Assembly: GCA_965221125.1 (NCBI GenBank)
Contig: CBDCRW010000001.1
Location: 8,972 to 72,971, forward strand
Origin: Alphaproteobacteria bacterium
Lineage (GTDB): Bacteria; Pseudomonadota; Alphaproteobacteria; UBA828
Length of the DNA: 64,000 nt
Reading direction: 5' to 3'
Shown: piece by piece, positions 45,031 through 53,634 of the stretch
Layout: each line of letters opens with the position of its first letter
Position numbering within the stretch: the first letter of the stretch is position 1
Program-made: the position numbers and the translations under genes
Notes under the pieces: model-generated
What the model was told of the DNA's origin: nothing
The model's input: only the letters and a program-made list of their open reading frames with translations
Database searches by the model: none

Positions 45031-47106
45031 ATGTTGCTCCATGCCTGTATACGGCTACAATGGAGCGATGGCGTCGGCTTCCCGATAGCGTTTGTCTTCG
45101 CACTCATAATTCCAGAGATAAGTTGGAATATGATCCACGTAATTGACGACGGGTTGTTTGCCCTTATATCGCCCGTACTTGTCCACTATTCGCTTGCAAT
45201 ACGCCGCGTCATATTTGGGACAATCAGGTTGGTGGTGAGGAAGCTCAGAAGGGCAACGAGGCAGCTCAAGAAACGAGTGAGACGGCTCGGAAGGCAGACG
45301 AGGCGGCTCAAGAGGACAGTAGGGAAGCTCAAGACGCTAGCGGGGCAACTCAGAAGGCTGTCGAGGCAGATCAAGAAACGGGCGAGACAGCCTAGAAAGC
45401 CGGCGAGGCAGCTCAATAGAGTAGCGCGGAAGATTGGGAAGCTGGCGAGACATCTCGTAAGGCTGGCGAGGCGGCTCAGAAGGCGAGTGAGGCGGTTCAG
45501 AAGGGTAGCAGGAAAACTCAAGAGGCTGGTGAGACAGCTCAGAAGGCAGGTAAAGCGGTTTAGACGTGCAGCGCGAAAGCTCAAGAGGATGGTAAGGAAA
45601 TTCAAGAGCGCAGTACGGCAATTCAGAAGGGTCGTGAGGCAACTTAGAAGGGCGGCGACGCGTCGTACGAGAAGGGTAAAGGGGTTTGGACGCACGGGAT
45701 ACAGGCTGGCCCGTTCTCGCGTTTCTTGGCGGATAGCGACCGGACATCTCACATCCGTTCTGCTCAGACGTTCAGACCCTGAGACCAGGCGATTGTCCAC
45801 GAAAATACGGCACGCGAACGGGAATCTGTCCACGCGAATGCTCTTTCTTCTGGGCGATTTCAGGGCGGCGATGGATCAGGCGCTGAGCGACCTCGAATCG
45901 TGCCCCGACGACGCAGAGGCACGCATGCTCGTCGTCGGCTGCGCGATCGAGCTGGGCGATCTCGAATGCGCCCGACGGTATCTGAATCGGCTGGATGCAG
46001 GGTCTACGCCCGCCTATCTCAGGGAACAACTGCCGTTCTTCCGGTACACGCTCGCCAGAGAAAATGGGCCGGACGGCCCGGTGCAGGCAATCCGGCATCT
46101 TGACGACCTGTATCTGGCCATGGGCTGCCAACCCATTCGCCTGAATCCGGCAGGCATCCACGATCCATTCGATTCGCTTGCGCCCGTTGCGGCGATGAAA
46201 CCGCGTTGCCGGGATGGCTATCCGCCTCTATGCGATGGGCCGCTCGTCTCGGTCGTCATGACCGCCTACAACGTCGAGCATCTGGTGAAGACGTCGGTCA
46301 TGTCCGTTCTGAACCAGAATTATCGCAACCTGGAGCTGATCGTCGTGGACGACTGCAGCACCGATGGCACGCTGGAAACGCTTCGTCTCCTGGAGGAAGA
46401 GGACGAGCGCATGCAGGTTATCGCCAAGGACACGAACGACGGGACGTACGTCAGCAAGAACCTTGGCATGCTTCGGGCCCGCGGAGAGTTCATGGCGTTT
46501 CAGGACAGCGACGACTGGTCGCATCCCGACAGGCTCGGAAAGAGCATCGCCGTCCTGGCGTCGGAGCCGGAGACCGTTGCGCTTACGACCAACTGGGTGC
46601 GCATGACGACCGAGGGTGACCTTATCCTGAAAGGCACGAACCGCTACGCATACAAATCGTGCATTTCCCTCGTGTTCCGCAGGAAGGAGGTGCTGCACCG
46701 CTCGGGCTTCTTCGATTCCGTTCGCGCCGGGGCCGATACCGAGTTCGAGGTCAGGAACGGCATCCTGTTCGGCGAACACAGGGTGGCGACGTATGCGTGG
46801 CCGCTGGCCTTTGGCCGCGTGCGCCCTGAATCGATTACCGCCGACGCCGAATACGGACTGGCGCGGTACGGAGGCAAGCCAATCCGGGAGGAATACCGGA
46901 AGGCTTGCCGAAAATGGCACGAGGAAATCCGCCGCGGCCGTGATGGCTACATGCCGTTTCCTCTTCGCGAAAGACCGTTCGACGCCCCCGGCAAGCTCCT
47001 GACCGCGAACGGGACGCCGATGCCCAGCGAGCTGATCCGGGAGCATCCTGGGTGGATGCGGCCTCATTCTTCAGAGAGGCCAACACGGAGCTCGGCCGCT
47101 CGCTGA
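45031..47106 (+). CDS. family 2 glycosyltransferase with TPR-like region and an N-terminal Arg/Lys heptad-repeat extension (true start uncertain)
   Basis: The GT2 core is VSVVMTAYNVEHLVKTSVMSVLNQNYRNLELIVVDDCSTDGT...FQDSDDWSHPDRL. A TPR-like helix pair lies upstream. The same frame is open back through the 21-bp repeat array to ATG 45031, with two hydrophobic segments at the extreme N-terminus. The GT2 part is confident; the N-terminal 270 aa are not. Confidence 0.6.
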   Translation: MLLHACIRLQWSDGVGFPIAFVFALIIPEISWNMIHVIDDGLFALISPVLVHYSLAIRRVIFGTIRLVVRKLRRATRQLKKRVRRLGRQTRRLKRTVGKLKTLAGQLRRLSRQIKKRARQPRKPARQLNRVARKIGKLARHLVRLARRLRRRVRRFRRVAGKLKRLVRQLRRQVKRFRRAARKLKRMVRKFKSAVRQFRRVVRQLRRAATRRTRRVKGFGRTGYRLARSRVSWRIATGHLTSVLLRRSDPETRRLSTKIRHANGNLSTRMLFLLGDFRAAMDQALSDLESCPDDAEARMLVVGCAIELGDLECARRYLNRLDAGSTPAYLREQLPFFRYTLARENGPDGPVQAIRHLDDLYLAMGCQPIRLNPAGIHDPFDSLAPVAAMKPRCRDGYPPLCDGPLVSVVMTAYNVEHLVKTSVMSVLNQNYRNLELIVVDDCSTDGTLETLRLLEEEDERMQVIAKDTNDGTYVSKNLGMLRARGEFMAFQDSDDWSHPDRLGKSIAVLASEPETVALTTNWVRMTTEGDLILKGTNRYAYKSCISLVFRRKEVLHRSGFFDSVRAGADTEFEVRNGILFGEHRVATYAWPLAFGRVRPESITADAEYGLARYGGKPIREEYRKACRKWHEEIRRGRDGYMPFPLRERPFDAPGKLLTANGTPMPSELIREHPGWMRPHSSERPTRSSAAR
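45238..45700. repeat. tandem array of about 20-22 imperfect 21-bp units
   Basis: Head-to-tail units with consensus near AGG CAG CTC AGA AGG SNG GYG, aligned by hand unit by unit. There are no spacers between units. Confidence 0.9.
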
Positions 47107-47197
47107 TGGCCGAGGCGCGCTTGCGGTCCCGGACGCTCCGGTGCCTTGATCCGGTGGCGCCGGCGCTGGACGGCGATCGGCCGGCAGCGGCGGGGTG

Positions 47198-48958
47198 CTA
47201 TGCCTCGCTCTCACCCGCTGGCGCCGTCACGCGGATCGTCACGATGTCGGCGCCGTGGTACTGCTGATGGCGGACGGAGGACGCGAGCCGGCGCAACAGC
47301 CGCAGCGAGACCTCCTGCTCGGCCGAGACCTCGCCGGGCTGGTCGCCGAGCAGCGACAGGCGATCCTGGATATTGCCCTCGCGCGAGGCGACGACGAACT
47401 CGAGAACGGCGCCATCGCCCTCTCGGTAGGCCACCAGGCGCAGGCGGCGCTCCTCCTTCTCCTCTTTCGCGTCCTCCTGCTGCAAGAGCGTCAGCAGCGC
47501 CTCTTCGCAGACGGCGTCGAGGCGGGCGGTCATCGCCTCGTCCCAGCCGCTGCGGGTGGCGAAGGCGGCGAGAAAGTCCCTGATCTCGGGCAGGATCGAG
47601 TGATCGAAGGGCGCCTCGATGCGGCTGCGGCGGGGCCTCGTCAGCTCCACGAAGGCGGTCATCAGGATGGCCGTGAGACCGCCGGCCGTGACCCCGTTGC
47701 GCAGGAGGCCGCCCGCGAATTCCGCGACGTGCTCGGGAAACACCAGGTCGTTCTGGAAGCCGACGCCGATCCAGAACGAGACGCCGACGATCAGCCCCTT
47801 GCGGTAGTCGATGCCGTCCTGGATGGCGATCCTCATGCCGATCACGAAGAGCGTCGCCAGCAGCACGCCGAGATAGGCGGCGATCACCGGCCCCGGTATC
47901 GCCAGCACCAGCGCCAGCAGCTTGGGCAGGAACGCCACCGCGAAGAAGACCGCCCCGCAGGCGACGCCGACGCTGCGGGCGCCCACGCCGGTGAGCTCGG
48001 TCACCGATGCGCCCACGGTGGTGGCGGTGTTCGGCGTCGTGCCCACGAGGCCGGAGAGCACGTTGCCGAGCGTATCCACGGTGACCGCCCCCTGGACCGC
48101 GCGAAAATCCACCGCCCGCGGCCTGCGCCACGAGACCCGCTGGATCGCGACGGCGCCGCTGATGGAGCGGATCGTGGCGATCACCGCCACCAGGAGGAAG
48201 GCCGGAAGCAGCGCCCAGAACGACGGCCCGAAGTCGACATCGAAGCCCGCCCACTCGCCCGCCGGCACGCCGACCCAGGGTGCGTCCACCACGCGGCCCG
48301 CGTCGTAGAGGCCGAATGCGGCGGCGACGCCCGTGCCGGCGACGACGCCGATGACCGGCGCCCAGAGGCGGAGCGCGCCCGACGCCTTGAGCGCGATGGC
48401 AGCAAGCACGAGCACCACCGCTAACGCGCTCAACGGCGCCGCCAAAGCGGGGGTCCCCTCCGGCACCGCAGCCAGGAGCTTGAAGACGGCCGGCATCACA
48501 GTGACCGGAATCAGCATGATCACGGTGCCCGAGACCGTCGGCGTCAGGATCCGCTGGAAGAGCGCGAGACGAACGGAAATCAGGAACGGAACGAGGGAGG
48601 AGATGATGACCAGCGTGGCCAGCAAGGCCGGGCCGCCGGCCGCGACCGCATTGATGCAGACCGCGATGAAGGCCCCGGAGGCGCCCATGATGAGCACGTG
48701 GCCAGAGCCGATCCGCCCGGTGCGGAGCGATTGCAGCGCCGTGGTCAGGCCGCAGATCGCAACCGTGCCGAACACCGCCCACGAGAGGTAGTCCTCGCTC
48801 GCGCCGGCGGCACGCATCACGATGGTGGGCACCAGGATGATGCCGGCGATGGTGAGCACGGCGATCTGAACGCCGAGCCCGAAGGCGAGCGCGGCCGGCG
48901 GCCTCTCGTCCGGCTGGTAGCGGAGGCCGGTGCGGCCCCCGGACCCGTTCGCGCTCAT
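47198..48958 (-). CDS. NCS2-family nucleobase (xanthine/uracil-type) permease with about 146-aa C-terminal soluble domain
   Basis: Trimmed to ATG 48958. The core is polytopic, with TTPNTATTVGASVTELTGV (an NCS2 signature-like block). The hydrophilic tail lies at nt 47201-47638. Confidence 0.7.
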   Translation of the reverse strand: MSANGSGGRTGLRYQPDERPPAALAFGLGVQIAVLTIAGIILVPTIVMRAAGASEDYLSWAVFGTVAICGLTTALQSLRTGRIGSGHVLIMGASGAFIAVCINAVAAGGPALLATLVIISSLVPFLISVRLALFQRILTPTVSGTVIMLIPVTVMPAVFKLLAAVPEGTPALAAPLSALAVVLVLAAIALKASGALRLWAPVIGVVAGTGVAAAFGLYDAGRVVDAPWVGVPAGEWAGFDVDFGPSFWALLPAFLLVAVIATIRSISGAVAIQRVSWRRPRAVDFRAVQGAVTVDTLGNVLSGLVGTTPNTATTVGASVTELTGVGARSVGVACGAVFFAVAFLPKLLALVLAIPGPVIAAYLGVLLATLFVIGMRIAIQDGIDYRKGLIVGVSFWIGVGFQNDLVFPEHVAEFAGGLLRNGVTAGGLTAILMTAFVELTRPRRSRIEAPFDHSILPEIRDFLAAFATRSGWDEAMTARLDAVCEEALLTLLQQEDAKEEKEERRLRLVAYREGDGAVLEFVVASREGNIQDRLSLLGDQPGEVSAEQEVSLRLLRRLASSVRHQQYHGADIVTIRVTAPAGESEA

Positions 48959-49263
48959 GCTGAAGCTCGCCGACCTCGCTGGTCTCTGCCGTCCGCACGC
49001 ATCATTGGGGCTTCGATGGCCGCTGTCGACCCGTTCCTCTCCAACCTCGATACCGGACATCGGCGGTGGTAGCCGCAGCGCCGGCGGCATCCCCAGGGAA
49101 TTCCTCGCCTCGGGGGGACTCGTTGGCCTTGACGCCGGTGGCTAGCCGAGTGGTCCGCGAATCCCCCGAAGCCGACTCCCACGATCGCGAAATAGCGCGT
49201 ATTGATAGATCGACTTCAACACCAACACTGGCCGCTCGAGCGGCCGCCAACGGGAGATGGACC

Positions 49264-49794
49264 ATGAGCGACGAGTTGCGCACCCTGATCGCCGAAACGC
49301 AGGAGGCCTTCCGCACCGACCCGGCGGAGGCGCAAGCAACCTTCGAATCCGTGTCGTCCCTGGGCGAGGGCTTCCGCTCCGAGGTGGCGCTCCGCGACCA
49401 CCGTCTGGTGGTGGACGAGCCGGAGAGCCTGGGCGGCACTGACACGGGGCCGAACCCGGTGGAGCTGATCCTGGCCGCGCTCGGCACCTGCCAGGAGATC
49501 ACGTACCGCGCCTATGCCGCCGCCCTCGGCATCCCGCTGGAGCATGTCTCGGTGACGCTGGAGGGCGACATCGACCTGCGGGGCTTCTTCGCCGTCGACG
49601 AGTCCGTCAGGCCGGGCTACCAGGGCCTGCGCGGCACGGTGCGCGTCGTCTCGTCGGCGGACGAGGAGACGCTGGCAACGCTCCAGCAGGCGGTCAACGC
49701 GCACTGCCCGGTGCTCGACATCGTCTCCAACCCGGTGCCGGTCGAGCTCACCCTGGAGAAGGCGGAGAGCGCCAGCGCCGAAGCAGCGGAATAG
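49264..49794 (+). CDS. OsmC/Ohr-family protein
   Basis: ATG 49264 follows GGGAGA. GGTDTGPNPVELILAALGTCQ and NAHCPV motifs are present. Confidence 0.8.
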   Translation: MSDELRTLIAETQEAFRTDPAEAQATFESVSSLGEGFRSEVALRDHRLVVDEPESLGGTDTGPNPVELILAALGTCQEITYRAYAAALGIPLEHVSVTLEGDIDLRGFFAVDESVRPGYQGLRGTVRVVSSADEETLATLQQAVNAHCPVLDIVSNPVPVELTLEKAESASAEAAE

Positions 49795-49876
49795 GGTGCG
49801 GGGACAGACATTGCGCCATGCCTCGGCTAAGCTGGGCGCAGTCAGGACACGCATCTAGACTCAAGGGAGACTCTCC

Positions 49877-50860
49877 ATGAAACGACTGATCGTCGCCGCG
49901 CTCGCGGCGGCAGGCATCGCCGTGGGCGGCATGGCCCAGGCGGAGGACTTCACGCCGGCCGTCGTCTTCGACATGGGCGGCAAGTTCGACAAATCGTTCA
50001 ACGAGGCCGCGTTCAACGGCGCCGAGAAGTTCAAGGCGGACACCGGCGTGCAGTACCGCGAGTTCGAGGTCACCAACCCGTCGATGCGCGAGCAGGCGCT
50101 CCGCAACATGGCGCGGCGCGGCGCGCAGGTGGTGGTGGCCATGGGCTTCGCCCAGGCGGCGGCGGTCGAGACCGTGGCGCAGGAGTTCCCCGAGACCAAG
50201 TTCACGCTCATCGACATGGTGGTGGACCTGCCCAACGTGCAGTCCGTGATCTTCAAGGAGCACGAGGGCTCCTTCCTCGTCGGCATGGCGGCCGCGATGG
50301 CGTCGCAGACCGGCAAGGTGGGCTTCGTCGGCGGCATGGACATCCCGCTCATCCGCAAGTTCGCGCTGGGCTACGTCGAGGGCGCGAAGCACGTCAATCC
50401 CGACATCGAGATCTTCCAGAACATGACCGGGACGACGCCGGCCGCCTGGAACGACCCGACCAAGGGCGGCGAGCTCGCGCGCAGCCAGTTCGACCGGGGC
50501 GCGGACGTGGTCTACGCCGCCGCCGGCGGCACCGGCATCGGCGTCTACCAGGCCGCGAAGGACGCCGGCAAGCTCGCCATCGGCGTGGACAGCAACCAGA
50601 ACTACATCCACCCCGGCACGATGCTGACCTCGATGATCAAGCGCGTGGACGTGGCGGTCTACGAATCCTTCAAGGCCGCCCAGGACGGCACCTGGCAGGG
50701 CGGCATCCAGGTGCTTGGCCTCGCCGAGGACGGCGTCGGCTGGGCGGTCGACGAGCACAACCGCAGCCTCGTCTCGGACGAGATGGAGGCCGCGGTCGAG
50801 CAGGCGCGCGAGGACATCATCGCCGGCACCATCCAGGTGACCGACTACATGGCGCAGTAG
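49877..50860 (+). CDS. BMP-family (nucleoside/purine-type) ABC substrate-binding protein
   Basis: It has a Sec signal MKRLIVAALAAAGIAVGGMAQA, then VVFDMGGKFDKSFNEAA and GVDSNQ motifs typical of the Med/PnrA family. Confidence 0.8.
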   Translation: MKRLIVAALAAAGIAVGGMAQAEDFTPAVVFDMGGKFDKSFNEAAFNGAEKFKADTGVQYREFEVTNPSMREQALRNMARRGAQVVVAMGFAQAAAVETVAQEFPETKFTLIDMVVDLPNVQSVIFKEHEGSFLVGMAAAMASQTGKVGFVGGMDIPLIRKFALGYVEGAKHVNPDIEIFQNMTGTTPAAWNDPTKGGELARSQFDRGADVVYAAAGGTGIGVYQAAKDAGKLAIGVDSNQNYIHPGTMLTSMIKRVDVAVYESFKAAQDGTWQGGIQVLGLAEDGVGWAVDEHNRSLVSDEMEAAVEQAREDIIAGTIQVTDYMAQ

Positions 50861-50903
50861 CGCGCGGGCGCCGGCCCAGGCCGGCCAGCGAGGCGCAAGC
50901 CCC

Positions 50904-52505
50904 GTGACGGGGGAGGAACACCGGGGGGCTGCGGCAGAGCGCGGCCCCTCGGGCGGGCCCAGTGTGCCCGCGCTCGAGGTCGCCGGCATCCAGAAGTGGT
51001 TCGGCTCGGTGCACGCGAACGACGACGTGTCGGTCGCGGTGGCGCCGGGCACGATCCACGGCATCATCGGCGAGAACGGCGCCGGCAAGTCGACGCTGAT
51101 GAGCATCGTCTACGGCTACTACCAGGCCGACGGCGGCGAGATCAGGGTGGGCGGCGAGGCGGTCACCATCAAGGGGCCCGAGGACGCCATCGGCCACGGC
51201 ATCGGCATGGTCCACCAGCACTTCATGCTCGTGGACACCTTCACCGTGCTGGAGAACGTGGTGCTCGGCGTCGAGAAGGGCTACCTGCTGCGCTCCACGC
51301 TCGCCGAGGCCAGGCGGGAGCTGGAGCGGCTGGAGCGCGAGTACGGGCTCGACGTCGACCCCGACGCCATCGTGGGCTCGCTGCCCGTCGGCCTGCAGCA
51401 ACGCGTCGAGATCCTGAAGGCGCTCTACCGCGGCGCCGACATCCTGATCCTGGACGAGCCGACGGGCGTGCTCACGCCGCAGGAGGTCGACGACCTCTTC
51501 CGTATCCTCCGCGCGCTCCGCGACCAGGGCCGCACCATCGTCCTCATCACCCACAAGCTGCGCGAGATCATGGCGCTCACCGACCGGGTCACCGTGATGC
51601 GCGCGGGCCGCGTGGTCGATCACGTGGCGACGGCGGAAACCGACCGCGCCCAGCTCGCCGCGATGATGGTGGGGCGCAGCGTGCTGCTGCGCGTGGACAA
51701 GGACGAGGCCGCGCCGGGGGACGCCCTGCTGCAGGTGGAGAACCTCGCGGTGCGGGATCGCGGCGGCGTGCTGCGCGTGCACGACGTGAGCTTCGCCGTC
51801 CACGCCGGTGAGATCGTGGGCATCGCCGGCGTGGCAGGCAACGGCCAGTCGGAACTGCTGGAGGCGCTGGCCGGCACGCTTGGCCGCGAGCGCGGCAGCA
51901 TCGCCATCGGCGGGGCGCCTGCGCCCGCCGGCGGCCGCGCCGAAGCCGCACGCGCCATGCGCCGGCGCGGGCTCGGCCACGTGCCGGAGGACCGCCAGCG
52001 CATGGGGCTGGTAACCGCCTTCGACGCCTCCGAGAGCGGCATCCTCGGCTACCACCGCGAGCAGCGCTACAACCCGCGCATGCTCATGAGCCGGGGCGCG
52101 GTCACGGACGCCGTGGGGAGCACGATGGAGGACTTCGACGTGCGCCCGCCGCTGCCCCACCTGCGCACGGCGAATTTCTCCGGCGGCAACCAGCAGAAGA
52201 TCGTGGTCGGCCGCGAGATGGGCCGCAGCCCCGACGTGCTGCTGGTGGGCCAGCCCACGCGCGGCGTCGATATCGGCGCCATCGAGTTCATCCACCGCAA
52301 GCTCGTGGCCATGCGCGATGCGGGCAAGGCGATCCTGCTGGTCTCGGTCGAGCTCGACGAGATCATGTCGCTCTCGGACCGCATCCTGGTGATGTTCGAC
52401 GGCGCCATCGTGGGCGAGGTGGCGCAGGCGGACGCGGACGAGCGCACGCTCGGCCTGATGATGGCCGGCGAGAGCGCGGACGGCGCGGAGGCCGCCGGGG
52501 CGTGA
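50904..52505 (+). CDS. ABC transporter ATP-binding protein, duplicated ATPase (RbsA/nucleoside type)
   Basis: There are two nucleotide-binding halves. The first has Walker A GENGAGKST and Walker B ILILDEPT. The second has GVAGNGQSEL, FSGGNQQK and VGQPTRGVD. The GTG start is tentative. Confidence 0.8.
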   Translation: MTGEEHRGAAAERGPSGGPSVPALEVAGIQKWFGSVHANDDVSVAVAPGTIHGIIGENGAGKSTLMSIVYGYYQADGGEIRVGGEAVTIKGPEDAIGHGIGMVHQHFMLVDTFTVLENVVLGVEKGYLLRSTLAEARRELERLEREYGLDVDPDAIVGSLPVGLQQRVEILKALYRGADILILDEPTGVLTPQEVDDLFRILRALRDQGRTIVLITHKLREIMALTDRVTVMRAGRVVDHVATAETDRAQLAAMMVGRSVLLRVDKDEAAPGDALLQVENLAVRDRGGVLRVHDVSFAVHAGEIVGIAGVAGNGQSELLEALAGTLGRERGSIAIGGAPAPAGGRAEAARAMRRRGLGHVPEDRQRMGLVTAFDASESGILGYHREQRYNPRMLMSRGAVTDAVGSTMEDFDVRPPLPHLRTANFSGGNQQKIVVGREMGRSPDVLLVGQPTRGVDIGAIEFIHRKLVAMRDAGKAILLVSVELDEIMSLSDRILVMFDGAIVGEVAQADADERTLGLMMAGESADGAEAAGA

Positions 52506-53617
52506 AGGGCTTCGGCGGGCCGACGCAAGCGCCCGGCTGGGTCACCCACGGGCTGGTCCCGCTCATCAACCTCGGGCTCGCGCTGCTCATCGCCGGCATC
52601 ATCATCGCGCTCATCGGCGAGAACCCGTTCGAGGCGCTCAGGCTGCTCGTCCTCGGCGCGGTGGGGTATCCGGAGGCGATCGGTTACACGCTCTACTACA
52701 CCACCAACTTCGTCTTCACCGGGCTCGCCGTCGCCATCGCCTTCCACTGCGGCCTTTTCAACATCGGCGGCGAGGGCCAGGCCTATCTCGGCGGCCTCGG
52801 CGCGGGCCTGATCGGGCTCTACCTCGGCCACTGGCCGGCGTTCGTGGCGATCCCGCTCGCCATCGCCTGCGCCATGGCCTTCGGCGCCTTCTGGGCCTTC
52901 ATCCCCGGCTGGCTGCAGGCGAAGCGCGGCAGCCACATCGTCATCACGACGATCATGTTCAACTTCCTGGCCGCCGCGCTGATGACCTATCTGCTGGTCG
53001 AGATCTTCATCAAGCCGGGCCAGCAGGCGGCGGAGAGCCGCACCTTCGAGACTGGCGTGTGGCTGCCCTTCGTCCACGACGTCTTCGCGGCCTTCGGCGC
53101 CAACATCGGCCGCTCCTCGCTCAACCTGAGCATCGTGGTCGCCGCCGCCTGCCTCGTGGCGTTCTGGTTCTTCGTCTGGCGCACGCGCTGGGGCTACGAG
53201 ATCCGCGCCGTCGGCCACAACGAATCGGCGGCGGTCTACGGCGGCATTTCGCCGGCGCGCTCGATCATGCTGGCGATGGCGATCTCCGGCGGCCTCGCCG
53301 GCCTCGTCGGCGTCAACGAGATCATCGGCGTCCACCACCGGCTGCTGCTCGAGTTCACGGCGGGCTACGGCTTCGTCGGCATCGCGGTGGCGCTGATGGG
53401 CCGCAACCACCCGGTGGGCATCGTGCTGGCTGCGCTGCTCTTCGGCGTGCTCTACCAGGGCGGCTCGGAACTGGCCTTCGACATGCCCAACGTGACGCGC
53501 GACATGGTGGTCGTCCTGCAAGGGCTGGTGATCCTCTTCTCCGGCGCGCTGGAGCACATGTTCCGCGGGCGGATCGAGCGCCTGTTCGCGCGCCGCGCGC
53601 GGGCGGTGGCGGCGTAA
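52502..53617 (+). CDS. ABC transporter permease (nucleoside/sugar type)
   Basis: Polytopic membrane protein carrying FNIGGEGQ. GTGA overlap with the ATPase gene. Confidence 0.8.
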   Translation: MKGFGGPTQAPGWVTHGLVPLINLGLALLIAGIIIALIGENPFEALRLLVLGAVGYPEAIGYTLYYTTNFVFTGLAVAIAFHCGLFNIGGEGQAYLGGLGAGLIGLYLGHWPAFVAIPLAIACAMAFGAFWAFIPGWLQAKRGSHIVITTIMFNFLAAALMTYLLVEIFIKPGQQAAESRTFETGVWLPFVHDVFAAFGANIGRSSLNLSIVVAAACLVAFWFFVWRTRWGYEIRAVGHNESAAVYGGISPARSIMLAMAISGGLAGLVGVNEIIGVHHRLLLEFTAGYGFVGIAVALMGRNHPVGIVLAALLFGVLYQGGSELAFDMPNVTRDMVVVLQGLVILFSGALEHMFRGRIERLFARRARAVAA

Positions 53618-53634
53618 GGGGGGGCGGGGCCGCC

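Noticed and set aside
45238-45700. The repeat array as a CRISPR array.
   Set aside because: The units are 21 bp and directly abutting, with no unique spacers. There are no cas genes, and the repeats are imperfect in a codon-like pattern.
45238-45700. The repeat array as plasmid iterons or a replication origin.
   Set aside because: No rep, par or DnaA-box context is present, and about 20 contiguous copies is far beyond typical iteron sets. The period is exactly 7 codons with a conserved a/d hydrophobic pattern, which favours a coding origin. A protein-binding DNA array is not fully excluded.
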